Positions 1 to 8,351 of a stretch of 64,000 nt of DNA are shown in pieces. Origin of the DNA: an uncultured Candidatus Saccharibacteria bacterium. GTDB lineage: Bacteria; Patescibacteriota; Doudnabacteria; UBA920. Made by a program: the position numbers and the translations under genes. Position 1 is the stretch's first letter. Every line of letters begins with the position of its first letter. The notes under the pieces are model-generated. The model was not told where the DNA came from. It saw only the letters and a program-made list of their open reading frames with translations, and searched no databases. The DNA lies in NCBI GenBank assembly GCA_964372905.1, contig CAYJQY010000001.1:72848-136847 (forward strand), written 5' to 3'.

Positions 1-72
1 GCGGCAATTACTCGTGGCTGTAGACCACGCGGCCTTTGGCCTTCGGGGGTTCGAGTCCCTCACCGCCCACCA
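1..72 (+). tRNA. tRNA-Tyr(GUA), 5' end truncated by window edge
   Basis: Anticodon stem-loop cgtgg-cuGUAga-ccacg, long variable arm ggcc-ttt-ggcc (type II), T-arm GGGGG-TTCGAGT-CCCTC, acceptor 3' strand plus encoded CCA. Confidence 0.7.
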
Positions 73-73
73 A

Positions 74-101
74 AAAAACACCTTTTGAAAGGTGTTTTTT
101 T
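74..101. terminator. bidirectional intrinsic terminator (A-run, cacc-ggtg hairpin, T-run)
   Basis: aaaaaaacacc..ggtgttttttt palindrome between convergent tRNA genes. Confidence 0.55.
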
Positions 102-181
102 GTTCAGTTTATTTTATGTGGGATGTACAAACCATCCGCGGTCTTTGGCCCGCTTGTGGAGTGCTTTTTATTGGATTTTTA

Positions 182-257
182 TGGAGCCGTTGGCCGGAAT
201 TGAACCGGCGACCTACTCCTTACCATGGAGTTGCTCTACCAACTGAGCTACAACGGC
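182..257 (-). tRNA. tRNA-Thr(GGU)
   Basis: Reverse complement folds as a 76-nt cloverleaf: acceptor GCCGTTG/CAACGGC, D-arm GCTC-AGTTGGTA-GAGC, anticodon loop auGGUaa, T-arm GCCGG-TTCAATT-CCGGC, encoded CCA. Confidence 0.8.
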
Positions 258-340
258 ACGAAAACGGCGCTAGCGCGTTTACTCCCGGGATCGCCGGTAC
301 GCGCGCATGACGCTTTATGAAATTTACGAGGCCACACTAT

Positions 341-1123
341 TTACGCCGCCACGCTTTTGAACAGCTCGCGATACTTTTTATTGCGCGGCTCGAGCTCAAT
401 GGCCCGCCTGATCGCTCCCGCGCTTTGCGCGCGCTTACCCACAACTTTATAAGCCAGAGCCAAGTTATAATAGCGGTTCGGGTGTCCCGGATCAAGAGCG
501 AGCGACTTCTCGTACCAAACCGCCGCGTCCTCATAAGCTTTCAAATGAAGCTTGCAGTAAGCCAGTTTGGCCTGATAATCGCTGTTGCTGGGATCGCGCT
601 TTACCAAATAATCGTAGACGTTCTCGGCGTCGGAAAAATTGTTCTGCCCGACGTAGAAGTGCGCCAGAGCCGCGTAACGCGGGAGTTCACGCGGCTGCTC
701 GCGAATTTGTGTGAGATAAAACTGTTCGTCCTTTACCGCTTCAGCAGGCACGGCAGCCGGGTCTGTGACATTAGCCGCGGCGGCATGAGCAACGGCAGCG
801 GCATTAATTCCTGCTGGCCCGCTCACATGCTGCCGACCGCGGAAAATCTTTCGAATCCGATAATTAGTGAGCGAAGGATGCTTCATGCCCTTGGCCTCCA
901 GGGCAAAGTTCAGAGCCCGCTTGGACCAAAATACCACTATTGCCCGCACTTTATAGTACGCCTGCAGCGTGCGGCGGCCGGACATGGCCAGCGTGGCCCG
1001 CAGCGATTCATCTTGGTCCTGCTCCTGGGAGGCCGCGGCTTCGGGCAGGCGCCGCAGAATCATCAAAATCATTCCGACAATCGCGGCCAGGAAAATGACG
1101 GTGGAGATGGTATTGTATGCCAC
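341..1123 (-). CDS. TPR-repeat protein with N-terminal transmembrane anchor
   Basis: N-terminal hydrophobic helix, then tetratricopeptide-like repeats (YYNLALAYK.., AYCKLHLKAYEDAAVWYEKSLALDP). Start codon uncertain (GTG at 1123 or ATG near 1072). Confidence 0.6.
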   Translation of the reverse strand: MAYNTISTVIFLAAIVGMILMILRRLPEAAASQEQDQDESLRATLAMSGRRTLQAYYKVRAIVVFWSKRALNFALEAKGMKHPSLTNYRIRKIFRGRQHVSGPAGINAAAVAHAAAANVTDPAAVPAEAVKDEQFYLTQIREQPRELPRYAALAHFYVGQNNFSDAENVYDYLVKRDPSNSDYQAKLAYCKLHLKAYEDAAVWYEKSLALDPGHPNRYYNLALAYKVVGKRAQSAGAIRRAIELEPRNKKYRELFKSVAA

Positions 1124-1177
1124 AGGGTTTGGTTTTTTAAAATAATTTTTACTTTGCTTTGGCTGATGATCCGGCCG

Positions 1178-1759
1178 CTAGCTCCCCAGCACGTAGCGGG
1201 CGAACCGGCGGACCTGAATGTTCTCGCCCATTTTTGCCACGGCGTCGGCGATGAGCTGGCCAATTTTTTTATCCGGGTCTTTCACGAATGGCTGCTCCAT
1301 CAGGCAAACTTCCTCATAAAATTTAGCGACCTTGCCGTCCACCATTTTCGCGGCAACGCCATCCGGCTTACCTGTGGATTGCCCTTTATAGATTACTCTT
1401 TCCTTTTCGATAACTTCAGACGGCACGTCGGCGCGGCTGACATACAGCGGATTAGCCGCGGCAATGTGCAAAGCCAACTGTTTGGCCAGGGCTTTGAAGT
1501 CGTCGGTGCGCGCCACAAAATCCGTTTCGCAATTTAGTTCGAGGAGGACGCCGATTTTTCCGCCGGCGTGAATATAGCTTTCAATGAGGCCTTCGCGCGC
1601 CACGCGATCAGCTTTTTTAGTGAGCTTAACCACGCCTTTTTTGCGCAAAATTTCCAAGGCCTTGTCTTTATCGCCCTTGGCTTCATGCAAAGCGTCGCGC
1701 ACATCGGTAACTCCGGCGCCGGTTAACTCGCGAACTTCTTTAATTAATTTATTGTTCAT
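1178..1759 (-). CDS. tsf: translation elongation factor Ts
   Basis: N-terminal UBA-like EF-Ts signature (LIKEVRELTGAGVTDVRDALHEAKGDKDKALEILRKKG). Lies immediately downstream of rpsB, the classic rpsB-tsf operon. Confidence 0.92.
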   Translation of the reverse strand: MNNKLIKEVRELTGAGVTDVRDALHEAKGDKDKALEILRKKGVVKLTKKADRVAREGLIESYIHAGGKIGVLLELNCETDFVARTDDFKALAKQLALHIAAANPLYVSRADVPSEVIEKERVIYKGQSTGKPDGVAAKMVDGKVAKFYEEVCLMEQPFVKDPDKKIGQLIADAVAKMGENIQVRRFARYVLGS

Positions 1760-1813
1760 GATAACTTACTTAAAAATAGTTTACTGAAAATTTTATCGAT
1801 GCTTGTCGATAAC

Positions 1814-2614
1814 TTATGAGGTGGCGGCGCCGGCTTCCGGTTCGGCTGGCGCCGGAGCAGGCGCTGATTTGGCCAGCTCCGCTGCCGGGACTGCAACCGC
1901 AGCCGCTGCGGCATCTGCGGCTTCGGTAAAACGATTTTTGCCTTCAATAACAGCTTCGGAAACGACCGTCGCGACCAGAGCAATGGCTTGGGTCGCATCA
2001 TCATTACAGGGAACAACATAGTCGATGCCTTCGGGATTGCCATTGCTGTCAACCACGCCGATAATTTTTACGCCCTGCTTCCTGGCCTCTTTCACGGCTA
2101 TTTCATCATAGTTAATGTCGGTGACAAAAATGGCTTCCGGCAAGCGTTTAACGCTCTTAATGCCCCGGAAAAGCTTTTCCAGCTTCTCAATTTCGCGCTC
2201 AATCAACAGGCGCTCTTTTTTAGTGTAGCGCGTTTCCAATTCACCGCTGGCCTTGAGCTCCTGAAGCTTTTCCAGCTTGCGGATGGTCCGCTGAATGGTT
2301 TTGAAGTTAGTGAACGTGCCGCCGAGCCAGCGCACGGTTACGTAGGGCATCCCCGCGGCTTCGGCTTCCTTCTGCACTATATCGCGCGCCTGCCGCTTGG
2401 TTCCCACAAACAGGATCGTGCCGCCTTTGCTGGCCAAATCGCCGGCAAAACTGGCGGCTTTAAGTAAACCCTGCCGGGTTTTCTCCAAATCCAAAATGTG
2501 GATATCGTTCCGGACAGTAAAAATATACGGCTTCATCTTCGGGTTCCAGCGCGAGGTCCGGTGGCCGAAGTGGGCGCCGCTTTTAAGCAACTCCAATAAC
2601 GATATGTCTTTCAT
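1814..2614 (-). CDS. rpsB: 30S ribosomal protein S2, with Ala/Pro-rich C-terminal extension
   Basis: MKDISLLELLKSGAHFGHRTSRWNPKMKPYIF matches the S2 N-terminus. ATG at 2612-2614. The C-terminal ~40 aa are low-complexity A/P-rich. Confidence 0.93.
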   Translation of the reverse strand: MKDISLLELLKSGAHFGHRTSRWNPKMKPYIFTVRNDIHILDLEKTRQGLLKAASFAGDLASKGGTILFVGTKRQARDIVQKEAEAAGMPYVTVRWLGGTFTNFKTIQRTIRKLEKLQELKASGELETRYTKKERLLIEREIEKLEKLFRGIKSVKRLPEAIFVTDINYDEIAVKEARKQGVKIIGVVDSNGNPEGIDYVVPCNDDATQAIALVATVVSEAVIEGKNRFTEAADAAAAAVAVPAAELAKSAPAPAPAEPEAGAATS

Positions 2615-2730
2615 GAAACTATAGCCCTTTCACTTCTACTCCGCAGCCCATTCGCCAAAGAGATACTCTGACAGAGGGAGGCGCTAACGCGGAATATGTT
2701 TGATTAATGGTGGATGAATTATATCACCCC

Positions 2731-2760
2731 TTGACTAAACATGCAAGCCAGCGTATAATA
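2731..2760 (+). promoter_or_regulatory. sigma70-type promoter for rpmE (TTGACT, 18-nt spacer, TATAAT)
   Basis: TTGACT at 2731-2736 and TATAAT at 2755-2760. The -10 ends 6 nt before the rpmE ATG, implying a leaderless mRNA. Confidence 0.6.
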
Positions 2761-2765
2761 TCGAA

Positions 2766-3029
2766 ATGAAATCCAATCTTCACCCTCAATTTTATCTCAA
2801 TGCCGTGGTTAAATGCGCCTGCGGCAATACTTTCGCCACAGGCTCGACGGTTGCGGAAATTCACACGGAAATTTGCAGCCAGTGCCATCCTTTTTATACC
2901 GGCAAGCAAAAGCTGATTGATACCACCGGTACGGTGGAGCGTTTTAAGCAGCGGGTACAGAAAGCGGCATTGGCCAAGGCTCAAGTCAAGGTCAAAAAGC
3001 CCCGCAAAGCCCGCGGCGACAAAAAGTAA
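2766..3029 (+). CDS. rpmE: 50S ribosomal protein L31 (Zn-ribbon type, C-x2-C...C-x2-H)
   Basis: [28 protein letters not shown]...[12 protein letters not shown] matches L31. Confidence 0.92.
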   Translation: MKSNLHPQFYLNAVVKCACGNTFATGSTVAEIHTEICSQCHPFYTGKQKLIDTTGTVERFKQRVQKAALAKAQVKVKKPRKARGDKK

Positions 3030-3041
3030 CTTTATCAGAAT

Positions 3042-3073
3042 AAAACCGTCCTGCTGTTTTGGGGCGGTTTTGT
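3042..3073 (+). terminator. intrinsic terminator after rpmE
   Basis: aaaaccg..cggtttt hairpin followed by a T-run. Confidence 0.45.
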
Positions 3074-3090
3074 GTTACAATTACTAAGAT

Positions 3091-4173
3091 ATGAACCCGG
3101 CCTTCAAAAAAATTATTGATGAATATCAGCAGCTCACGAAGCAGCTCGTTTCGGGTAGCCAGGTTGATCTTGCCCAAACCGGCAGGCGCCAAGCCGAGCT
3201 ATTGCCGCTAGTTGAGACGATCCAGCATCTGCAAAAACTGGAGCGGGAACAGGCCGACAACCAGAAACTGATGGAAAATGACGATCCGGCAATTAAAAGT
3301 TTGGCCGCTGAAGAAGCCAAGATGTTGGAGGAAAAAATTCTGGAACTGGCCGAAAAAATTGAAACCGCTCTTTTGCCCAAAGGCGGAAACGACAATAAGA
3401 ACGTCATTATTGAAATCCGCGCCGGCGCCGGCGGCGATGAATCTACTTTGTTTGCCGCGGAAATGTTCCGCGCCTACGGAAAATTCGCCGAACGAAGTAA
3501 ATGGCGCGCCCGCATGATTTCAAGCTCAAAAAGCGATGTCAGCGGCTTTAAGGAAGTAATCTTTGAAATCCTTGGGCGCGCGGGTGCCTCGCAAGGCGCG
3601 GAATCAGGCCCGTACAGCAAGTTCAAATATGAATCCGGCGTCCATCGCGTCCAGCGCGTCCCCAAAACGGAAAAATCCGGCCGCGTCCATACTTCCACCA
3701 TCACCGTAGCCGTCCTGCCAGAAATTGAGGAGCGCGACTTCCAAATCGATCCCAAAGATTTGAAGATAGAAGCTAACACTTCTTCCGGCCACGGCGGCCA
3801 GAGCGTCAACACCACTTACTCGGCCATCCGCATAACCCACCTCCCTACCGGCATCCAGGCCCAAAGCCAAGACGAACGCTCGCAGGCCCAAAACCGCGAG
3901 AAAGCATTGGCGGTTATTCGCGCCCGGGTTGCCGCCCACTACCGCGAAATCGAAGAAAAGAAAATTAAAGACGCGCGCCGCGGCCAAATTGGCACGGGCG
4001 ACCGCAGCGAAAAAATCCGCACCTATAATTTCCCGCAGGACCGCGTAACCGACCATCGCATCAACCGAAATTTCACCCAAATCGCTTTGATCCTGGAAGG
4101 GCAATTGGAACCAATAATCGGCGCATTGCAGGCGGCAGAATTGCAGCTCCAAAAAGAGAACCTGAAGGAATGA
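3091..4173 (+). CDS. prfA: peptide chain release factor 1
   Basis: GGQ motif (SGHGGQSVNTT), an RF1-type PxT tripeptide region (VPKTE), and the prfA-prmC gene order. Confidence 0.9.
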   Translation: MNPAFKKIIDEYQQLTKQLVSGSQVDLAQTGRRQAELLPLVETIQHLQKLEREQADNQKLMENDDPAIKSLAAEEAKMLEEKILELAEKIETALLPKGGNDNKNVIIEIRAGAGGDESTLFAAEMFRAYGKFAERSKWRARMISSSKSDVSGFKEVIFEILGRAGASQGAESGPYSKFKYESGVHRVQRVPKTEKSGRVHTSTITVAVLPEIEERDFQIDPKDLKIEANTSSGHGGQSVNTTYSAIRITHLPTGIQAQSQDERSQAQNREKALAVIRARVAAHYREIEEKKIKDARRGQIGTGDRSEKIRTYNFPQDRVTDHRINRNFTQIALILEGQLEPIIGALQAAELQLQKENLKE

Positions 4174-4197
4174 ACAAATTAATGTACGAAATCCTTT

Positions 4198-5037
4198 GTG
4201 AAAGGATCCGCCGTGACCATTCGTGATACGCTAAAAAAAAATCCCAAAATCGAAGCTGACCTGCTCCTTGCGCATGTTCTAAAAAAGCCCGGGGAGTTTT
4301 TGTATCTTAACCCGGAAAAAAACCTTAACGCCGCGCAGGCGCGGCGCTTTGCGGCTCTGGCCAACCGCCGCCAAAAAGGCGAACCGGTTGCTTACCTCGT
4401 AGGATACAAAGATTTTTACGGCCTTAGCTTTACGGTCAACCGGCGCGTGCTTATTCCCCGCCCCGAAACCGAATGGCTGGTCGAACGAGGGGCTGAACTC
4501 GCCGCAGAATTAAAAAAAATAAAAGGCCTCCGCGCGCCTGTGCGTATTCTTGACCTCGGCACCGGCTCCGGCTGCATTATCATCAGTTTAGCCAAATGTC
4601 TGCGGGGGGGAAATTACGAATTTTTTGCCAGCGACATTTCGAAAAATGCCTTATCCGTGGCTAAATTTAATGCCGTGAAACATAAAGTAAAAATCAAATT
4701 TTTTCACGGCAATTTGTTTAACCGCCTCCCCGGGCCATTTGAGCTAATTATCGCCAATTTGCCCTATGTTCCAGTTGACGATTATCGCAAACTAAAGGCA
4801 AACCTCCGGTTTGAGCCAAAAATCGCTTTAAGCGACGGCGGCAATGCCTGGAAACTCTATTACAGATTTTTTCAGCAGCTGCCTGATCAAATAGCCAAGG
4901 GCGCGCGCGTTATCCTGGAAATAGATCCCAAATCAGTATCAACTCTGAAAAAATATCAAGCTAGGTTTTTACCCCGCAAAAAAATAGAATTTTCCAAAAA
5001 CCTGCGCGGCCAATGGCGATACGCGCAGGTCTGTTAA
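4198..5037 (+). CDS. prmC: release factor glutamine N5-methyltransferase PrmC/HemK
   Basis: SAM-binding motif ILDLGTGSGCIII and catalytic (N/D)PPY-like IANLPYVP. Lies immediately downstream of prfA. Confidence 0.85.
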   Translation: MKGSAVTIRDTLKKNPKIEADLLLAHVLKKPGEFLYLNPEKNLNAAQARRFAALANRRQKGEPVAYLVGYKDFYGLSFTVNRRVLIPRPETEWLVERGAELAAELKKIKGLRAPVRILDLGTGSGCIIISLAKCLRGGNYEFFASDISKNALSVAKFNAVKHKVKIKFFHGNLFNRLPGPFELIIANLPYVPVDDYRKLKANLRFEPKIALSDGGNAWKLYYRFFQQLPDQIAKGARVILEIDPKSVSTLKKYQARFLPRKKIEFSKNLRGQWRYAQVC

Positions 5038-5067
5038 GTCATCCTCGGCTCAATTGTGGCCGTTTGA

Positions 5068-5787
5068 TTACTTTTTGTCTTCCTTTTTGGCTTTCAGCTC
5101 TTTGTCGTCTTTGGCTTTCGGTTCTTTTTGCTGGTCCTCGGCCGCGGCTTCGCCTTCCGCTGCAGTTTCGGCGGCGCCGACGACTGCAGAAACATCCTCA
5201 ACTACCGGTTGATCTAGTTCAGCTACTACGTCGCGCGGGGGTTGAACTTTAACCACCAGGTCATCTGGCGATTCCTGCACTGTGACTTTCGAAGGCACCG
5301 GCAAGTCCTTAACTAAAATGACATTATTGATTTCTTTGAGCACGCTGATATCAACAGGGATATTGTGGGGCAAATCGGCAGGCAGACATTCCACATGCAC
5401 TTCGGTCAAAACCTTTACCAATACGCCGCCTTGCTCCTTGACGGCTTTTGATTCGCCGACGAATTCCAAAGTGACAGGCGCGGTCAGTTTCTCGGTCATA
5501 CTGACCTCGTAAAAGTCCACATGAGTGGGGGTGTGTTTTAAGTAGTGGCGCTGAATACCGTGGATAAGCACATTGTGGCTTTTGCCGTCTTCAGTCAGCA
5601 GCTCAACAATGGTACTCTCGCCTGCCTTGCGGAGCACGCGCTCAAACTCACCTTGGTCAACGGCCAGATGAAGATTTTCCAGCTTGTGGCCATAAAGCTC
5701 GGCCGGCAATATTCCGGCGCTGCGCAGCTTGTCGGGTCTCTGGCTGGCCAGGTCGCGCGACTTGGCTTTTAACTGAATCTTTTCCAT
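5068..5787 (-). CDS. rplY: 50S ribosomal protein L25 / general stress protein Ctc
   Basis: MEKIQLKAKSRDLASQRPDKLRSAGILPAELYGHKLENLHLAV matches the L25/Ctc N-terminus. Acidic/Lys-rich C-terminal tail. ATG at 5785-5787 chosen over upstream in-frame codons. Confidence 0.85.
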   Translation of the reverse strand: MEKIQLKAKSRDLASQRPDKLRSAGILPAELYGHKLENLHLAVDQGEFERVLRKAGESTIVELLTEDGKSHNVLIHGIQRHYLKHTPTHVDFYEVSMTEKLTAPVTLEFVGESKAVKEQGGVLVKVLTEVHVECLPADLPHNIPVDISVLKEINNVILVKDLPVPSKVTVQESPDDLVVKVQPPRDVVAELDQPVVEDVSAVVGAAETAAEGEAAAEDQQKEPKAKDDKELKAKKEDKK

Positions 5788-5849
5788 ATCCATAACAATA
5801 ACAATCCATAACAAAACTTTACAAAAACCTTACACTAAAATGCTTTGAA

Positions 5850-5878
5850 ATTTTAACATAGGACCGGCGATTTGACAA
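5850..5878 (-). promoter_or_regulatory. sigma70-type promoter for rplY (TTGTCA, 17-nt spacer, TAAAAT, minus strand)
   Basis: Reverse complement reads ttgtcaaatcgccggtcctatgttaaaat, about 60 nt upstream of the rplY start. Confidence 0.5.
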
Positions 5879-5889
5879 GAGCATAGAAA

Positions 5890-5918
5890 GATAAAAGCCG
5901 CGCTGTTCATCGCGCGGC
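5890..5918 (-). terminator. intrinsic terminator (minus strand) after the 5934-6296 gene
   Basis: gccgcgc-tgttcat-cgcgcggc hairpin with a T-run on the minus strand. Confidence 0.55.
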
Positions 5919-5933
5919 TTTGATGCTCAAAAT

Positions 5934-6296
5934 TTACACTTGCCGCAGGGCCCTCACCAAATCGCCGTCAAAATTCTTTAAGCTCTGGTGGATGGATATC
6001 AAATCATTCACGTTAATCGGCAAGCGCCGGCTGAACTTAGCGCTGTCCTTACCGGTTAAATCGGTAATGGTGCCGACGCTGACAATTTCCGGCCCGCTGA
6101 TATCGATATTAAACATGACAGAGCTTTTGCACTTTTCGCAGTCAGAATGGATAAGAAACCGGGCCTCGTTCAAGACCTCGTCCTGCTCGCTTTCAATGAC
6201 CCGAATGTTCTGGAATTTATATTTATAGCCGCAAATCGGGCAACGCAGGATAAACCCTAACCACCCTATGACTTTGGCAAAATCAATGCGTTTCAT
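5934..6296 (-). CDS. hypothetical protein with CxxC...CxxC zinc-ribbon-like motifs
   Basis: 120-aa ORF with CPICGYK ... CEKCK. Followed by its own terminator. No recognisable family. Confidence 0.5.
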   Translation of the reverse strand: MKRIDFAKVIGWLGFILRCPICGYKYKFQNIRVIESEQDEVLNEARFLIHSDCEKCKSSVMFNIDISGPEIVSVGTITDLTGKDSAKFSRRLPINVNDLISIHQSLKNFDGDLVRALRQV

Positions 6297-6332
6297 GGCT
6301 TTTCATTTGTGTTTATAGTATAGCAGATTTTA

Positions 6333-7433
6333 CTAAAAACGTAAAATCTTGGACTGACGGCTGATGTTCTGCGCCATTCCCAGCGATGCCAAAACCACAA
6401 TCAGAGAATTGCCTCCGTAGCTTAAAAAGGGCAAAGGTATACCGGTTACGGGCAGAAGACCGACATTCATCCCGATATTTATCACAATCATCCCGAAAAT
6501 CATAAATAAAACGCCGCTGGCCAGGTACAAGGCCAGGTCGTCCGGCGCGCTTCTGGCGACGCGCAAAATCCGAAACAACAGGTAGACGTAAAGAGCCAAA
6601 ATGACCGATGAACCCAAAAAGCCGATTTCCTCGCTGGCCGAGGCAAAAATGAAATCGGTTTGGCGTTCGGGCAAAAAGCGCAGCTGGCTCTGCAGGCCCT
6701 GGCCCAAGCCACGGCCCCAGAGCTGTCCGTTGCCCACGGCAATCATGGCCTGGCGCACGTTGTAGCCCCGTCCGTGCGGGTCGAGCTGGGGGTCTAAAAA
6801 TACTTCGATCCTGTACTTTTGATAATCCTTGAGCACAAACTGCCAGCCAATCCCGGCTAACACAATTAATAAAACTGCTAAAGAAAAAATAAAACGTTTT
6901 TTTATGGGGCTGACCAGCAGGACCCCGAGCCAAATTCCCATGATGATAATGGCCGAGCCCAAATCCGGCTCCAGAATTACCAATCCGGCCGGGATAAAAG
7001 CGTAGATAAAAGTTACAATGATGCTTTTCCAGGAATTTATCTGGCCGCGCTGAAGATAGAGCCAGCGGCCCAAGCCGAGAATAACCACCAGCTTGGCGAC
7101 TTCAGAGGGTTGGAAAACAACAAAGCCGAGATCAATCCAGCGCGTGCTCCCCCGCACCTCGCGGGAAAAGACCAGAACAATCACCAGCGCCAGCAGCAGC
7201 AAGGGATAAATAATCCGGTGCATTTTGGCCAAATGTCGATAGCTGTAAAAAGACAACAAAAAATAAGCCGCGAGGCCGAGCACGACAAAAATCAGTTGCC
7301 GGTAAAATATCGTTAAATTATTTCCGGAAAGCGAAATGCTGTATTGCAAACTCAAACCGATAACCAGCAGGAGTAAGGTTGTCCCGAACAGCGGCAAATC
7401 AAAGTATTTCAGTTTCGACCAAAGAGGTTGCAT
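6333..7433 (-). CDS. peptidoglycan glycosyltransferase FtsW/RodA (SEDS family)
   Basis: About 10 TM helices and the SEDS hallmark segments (DFIFASASEEIGFLGS, PLPFLSYGGNSL). Confidence 0.88.
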   Translation of the reverse strand: MQPLWSKLKYFDLPLFGTTLLLLVIGLSLQYSISLSGNNLTIFYRQLIFVVLGLAAYFLLSFYSYRHLAKMHRIIYPLLLLALVIVLVFSREVRGSTRWIDLGFVVFQPSEVAKLVVILGLGRWLYLQRGQINSWKSIIVTFIYAFIPAGLVILEPDLGSAIIIMGIWLGVLLVSPIKKRFIFSLAVLLIVLAGIGWQFVLKDYQKYRIEVFLDPQLDPHGRGYNVRQAMIAVGNGQLWGRGLGQGLQSQLRFLPERQTDFIFASASEEIGFLGSSVILALYVYLLFRILRVARSAPDDLALYLASGVLFMIFGMIVINIGMNVGLLPVTGIPLPFLSYGGNSLIVVLASLGMAQNISRQSKILRF

Positions 7434-7438
7434 CCGCG

Positions 7439-8299
7439 CTAAAAGTTATCCGTAGAAGGTCTTTGAAGGTTTGATCCCGAGCCGCCGAGACCCATGAGCA
7501 AAAGATTATTGGCATCGAGCACGTCGGTCTGGGGAATTAGATCAATTGAGGAAATGGCGCTGCCGCTTAAGCCGGGCAGGCTTACGGGAAACTTGCGCAC
7601 TTCGTTAGGGTTAACCGTAAATTCCTGGCGCGCGGTGACCAGCTGAATCCGGCGCGATTTATCGTAAACTAAAATTATTAACTCCGCCCGCTTTAATTGA
7701 TAAGGACTGTCATTGCGCACCGCGGCCTCCACCGTAAAAGGGTCGGTGTCGATTGGCCGGGAAACATCGGGGCGGATCGCGGTCAAATTGACTTGGGGAA
7801 TGCTAAACCGCTTTTGCCAGTGAATATCGTCCAAAGTCAGGGTGCCGGACACAATCGGCTGGGCCGTGGTAAAGCGCGGCGCCACCACAAATTTTTTCTG
7901 GCTGGGCAGCAAGAACAATTTACCTGGACTGCTAAGAGCCGTTTCTCCCGACGCAGTCTTGAAAATAAAATTATAAGAAATACGGTCGGCCGACAGCTCA
8001 AAATTTTCATTGGTAACCTGGGCATAAGCCGCATAGGCATTCTGACCCAGCGGCAAAACGGTGACCTTACTGACAGTAGGCGCTCGAGGATTTTGGAACG
8101 ATGGCCGGGCCTGGACTTGAAAATTTTTATAGCGGCCATTCCAATAGGCCTGCGACCCGTAGCGGACCGCGAAATAAGTCGGGATGATGCCAATGACGCA
8201 GACCACCGCCACGGTGCGCACCAGCGGCGGCAGCGTTCTTAACAAATAAACCAGGCTAATGGCGATTTCTTCGATTTTTATTTTGACGGTTTCCCACAT
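7439..8299 (-). CDS. hypothetical membrane-anchored protein (co-oriented with ftsW/rodA)
   Basis: Long ORF with an N-terminal TM helix and a Gln/Asn/Thr-rich extracytoplasmic body. Start set at the ATG at 8297-8299 (MWETVKIK) to avoid overlapping the dnaE promoter and start. The upstream GTG at 8362 is an alternative start. Confidence 0.5.
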   Translation of the reverse strand: MWETVKIKIEEIAISLVYLLRTLPPLVRTVAVVCVIGIIPTYFAVRYGSQAYWNGRYKNFQVQARPSFQNPRAPTVSKVTVLPLGQNAYAAYAQVTNENFELSADRISYNFIFKTASGETALSSPGKLFLLPSQKKFVVAPRFTTAQPIVSGTLTLDDIHWQKRFSIPQVNLTAIRPDVSRPIDTDPFTVEAAVRNDSPYQLKRAELIILVYDKSRRIQLVTARQEFTVNPNEVRKFPVSLPGLSGSAISSIDLIPQTDVLDANNLLLMGLGGSGSNLQRPSTDNF

Positions 8300-8351
8300 A
8301 TTCAGAAGTATAACAGAACAGATAAATTTTTGATATAATGTTGATGAAGAT

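Noticed and set aside
317-1537. 406-aa + strand ORF spanning the tsf and TPR-gene region
   Set aside because: Antisense to two well-supported minus-strand genes (EF-Ts and the TPR protein). No motifs. Typical shadow ORF in GC-moderate DNA.
3604-4152. 182-aa minus-strand ORF within prfA
   Set aside because: Antisense to the release factor 1 coding sequence, which has a clear GGQ motif and the prfA-prmC operon context.
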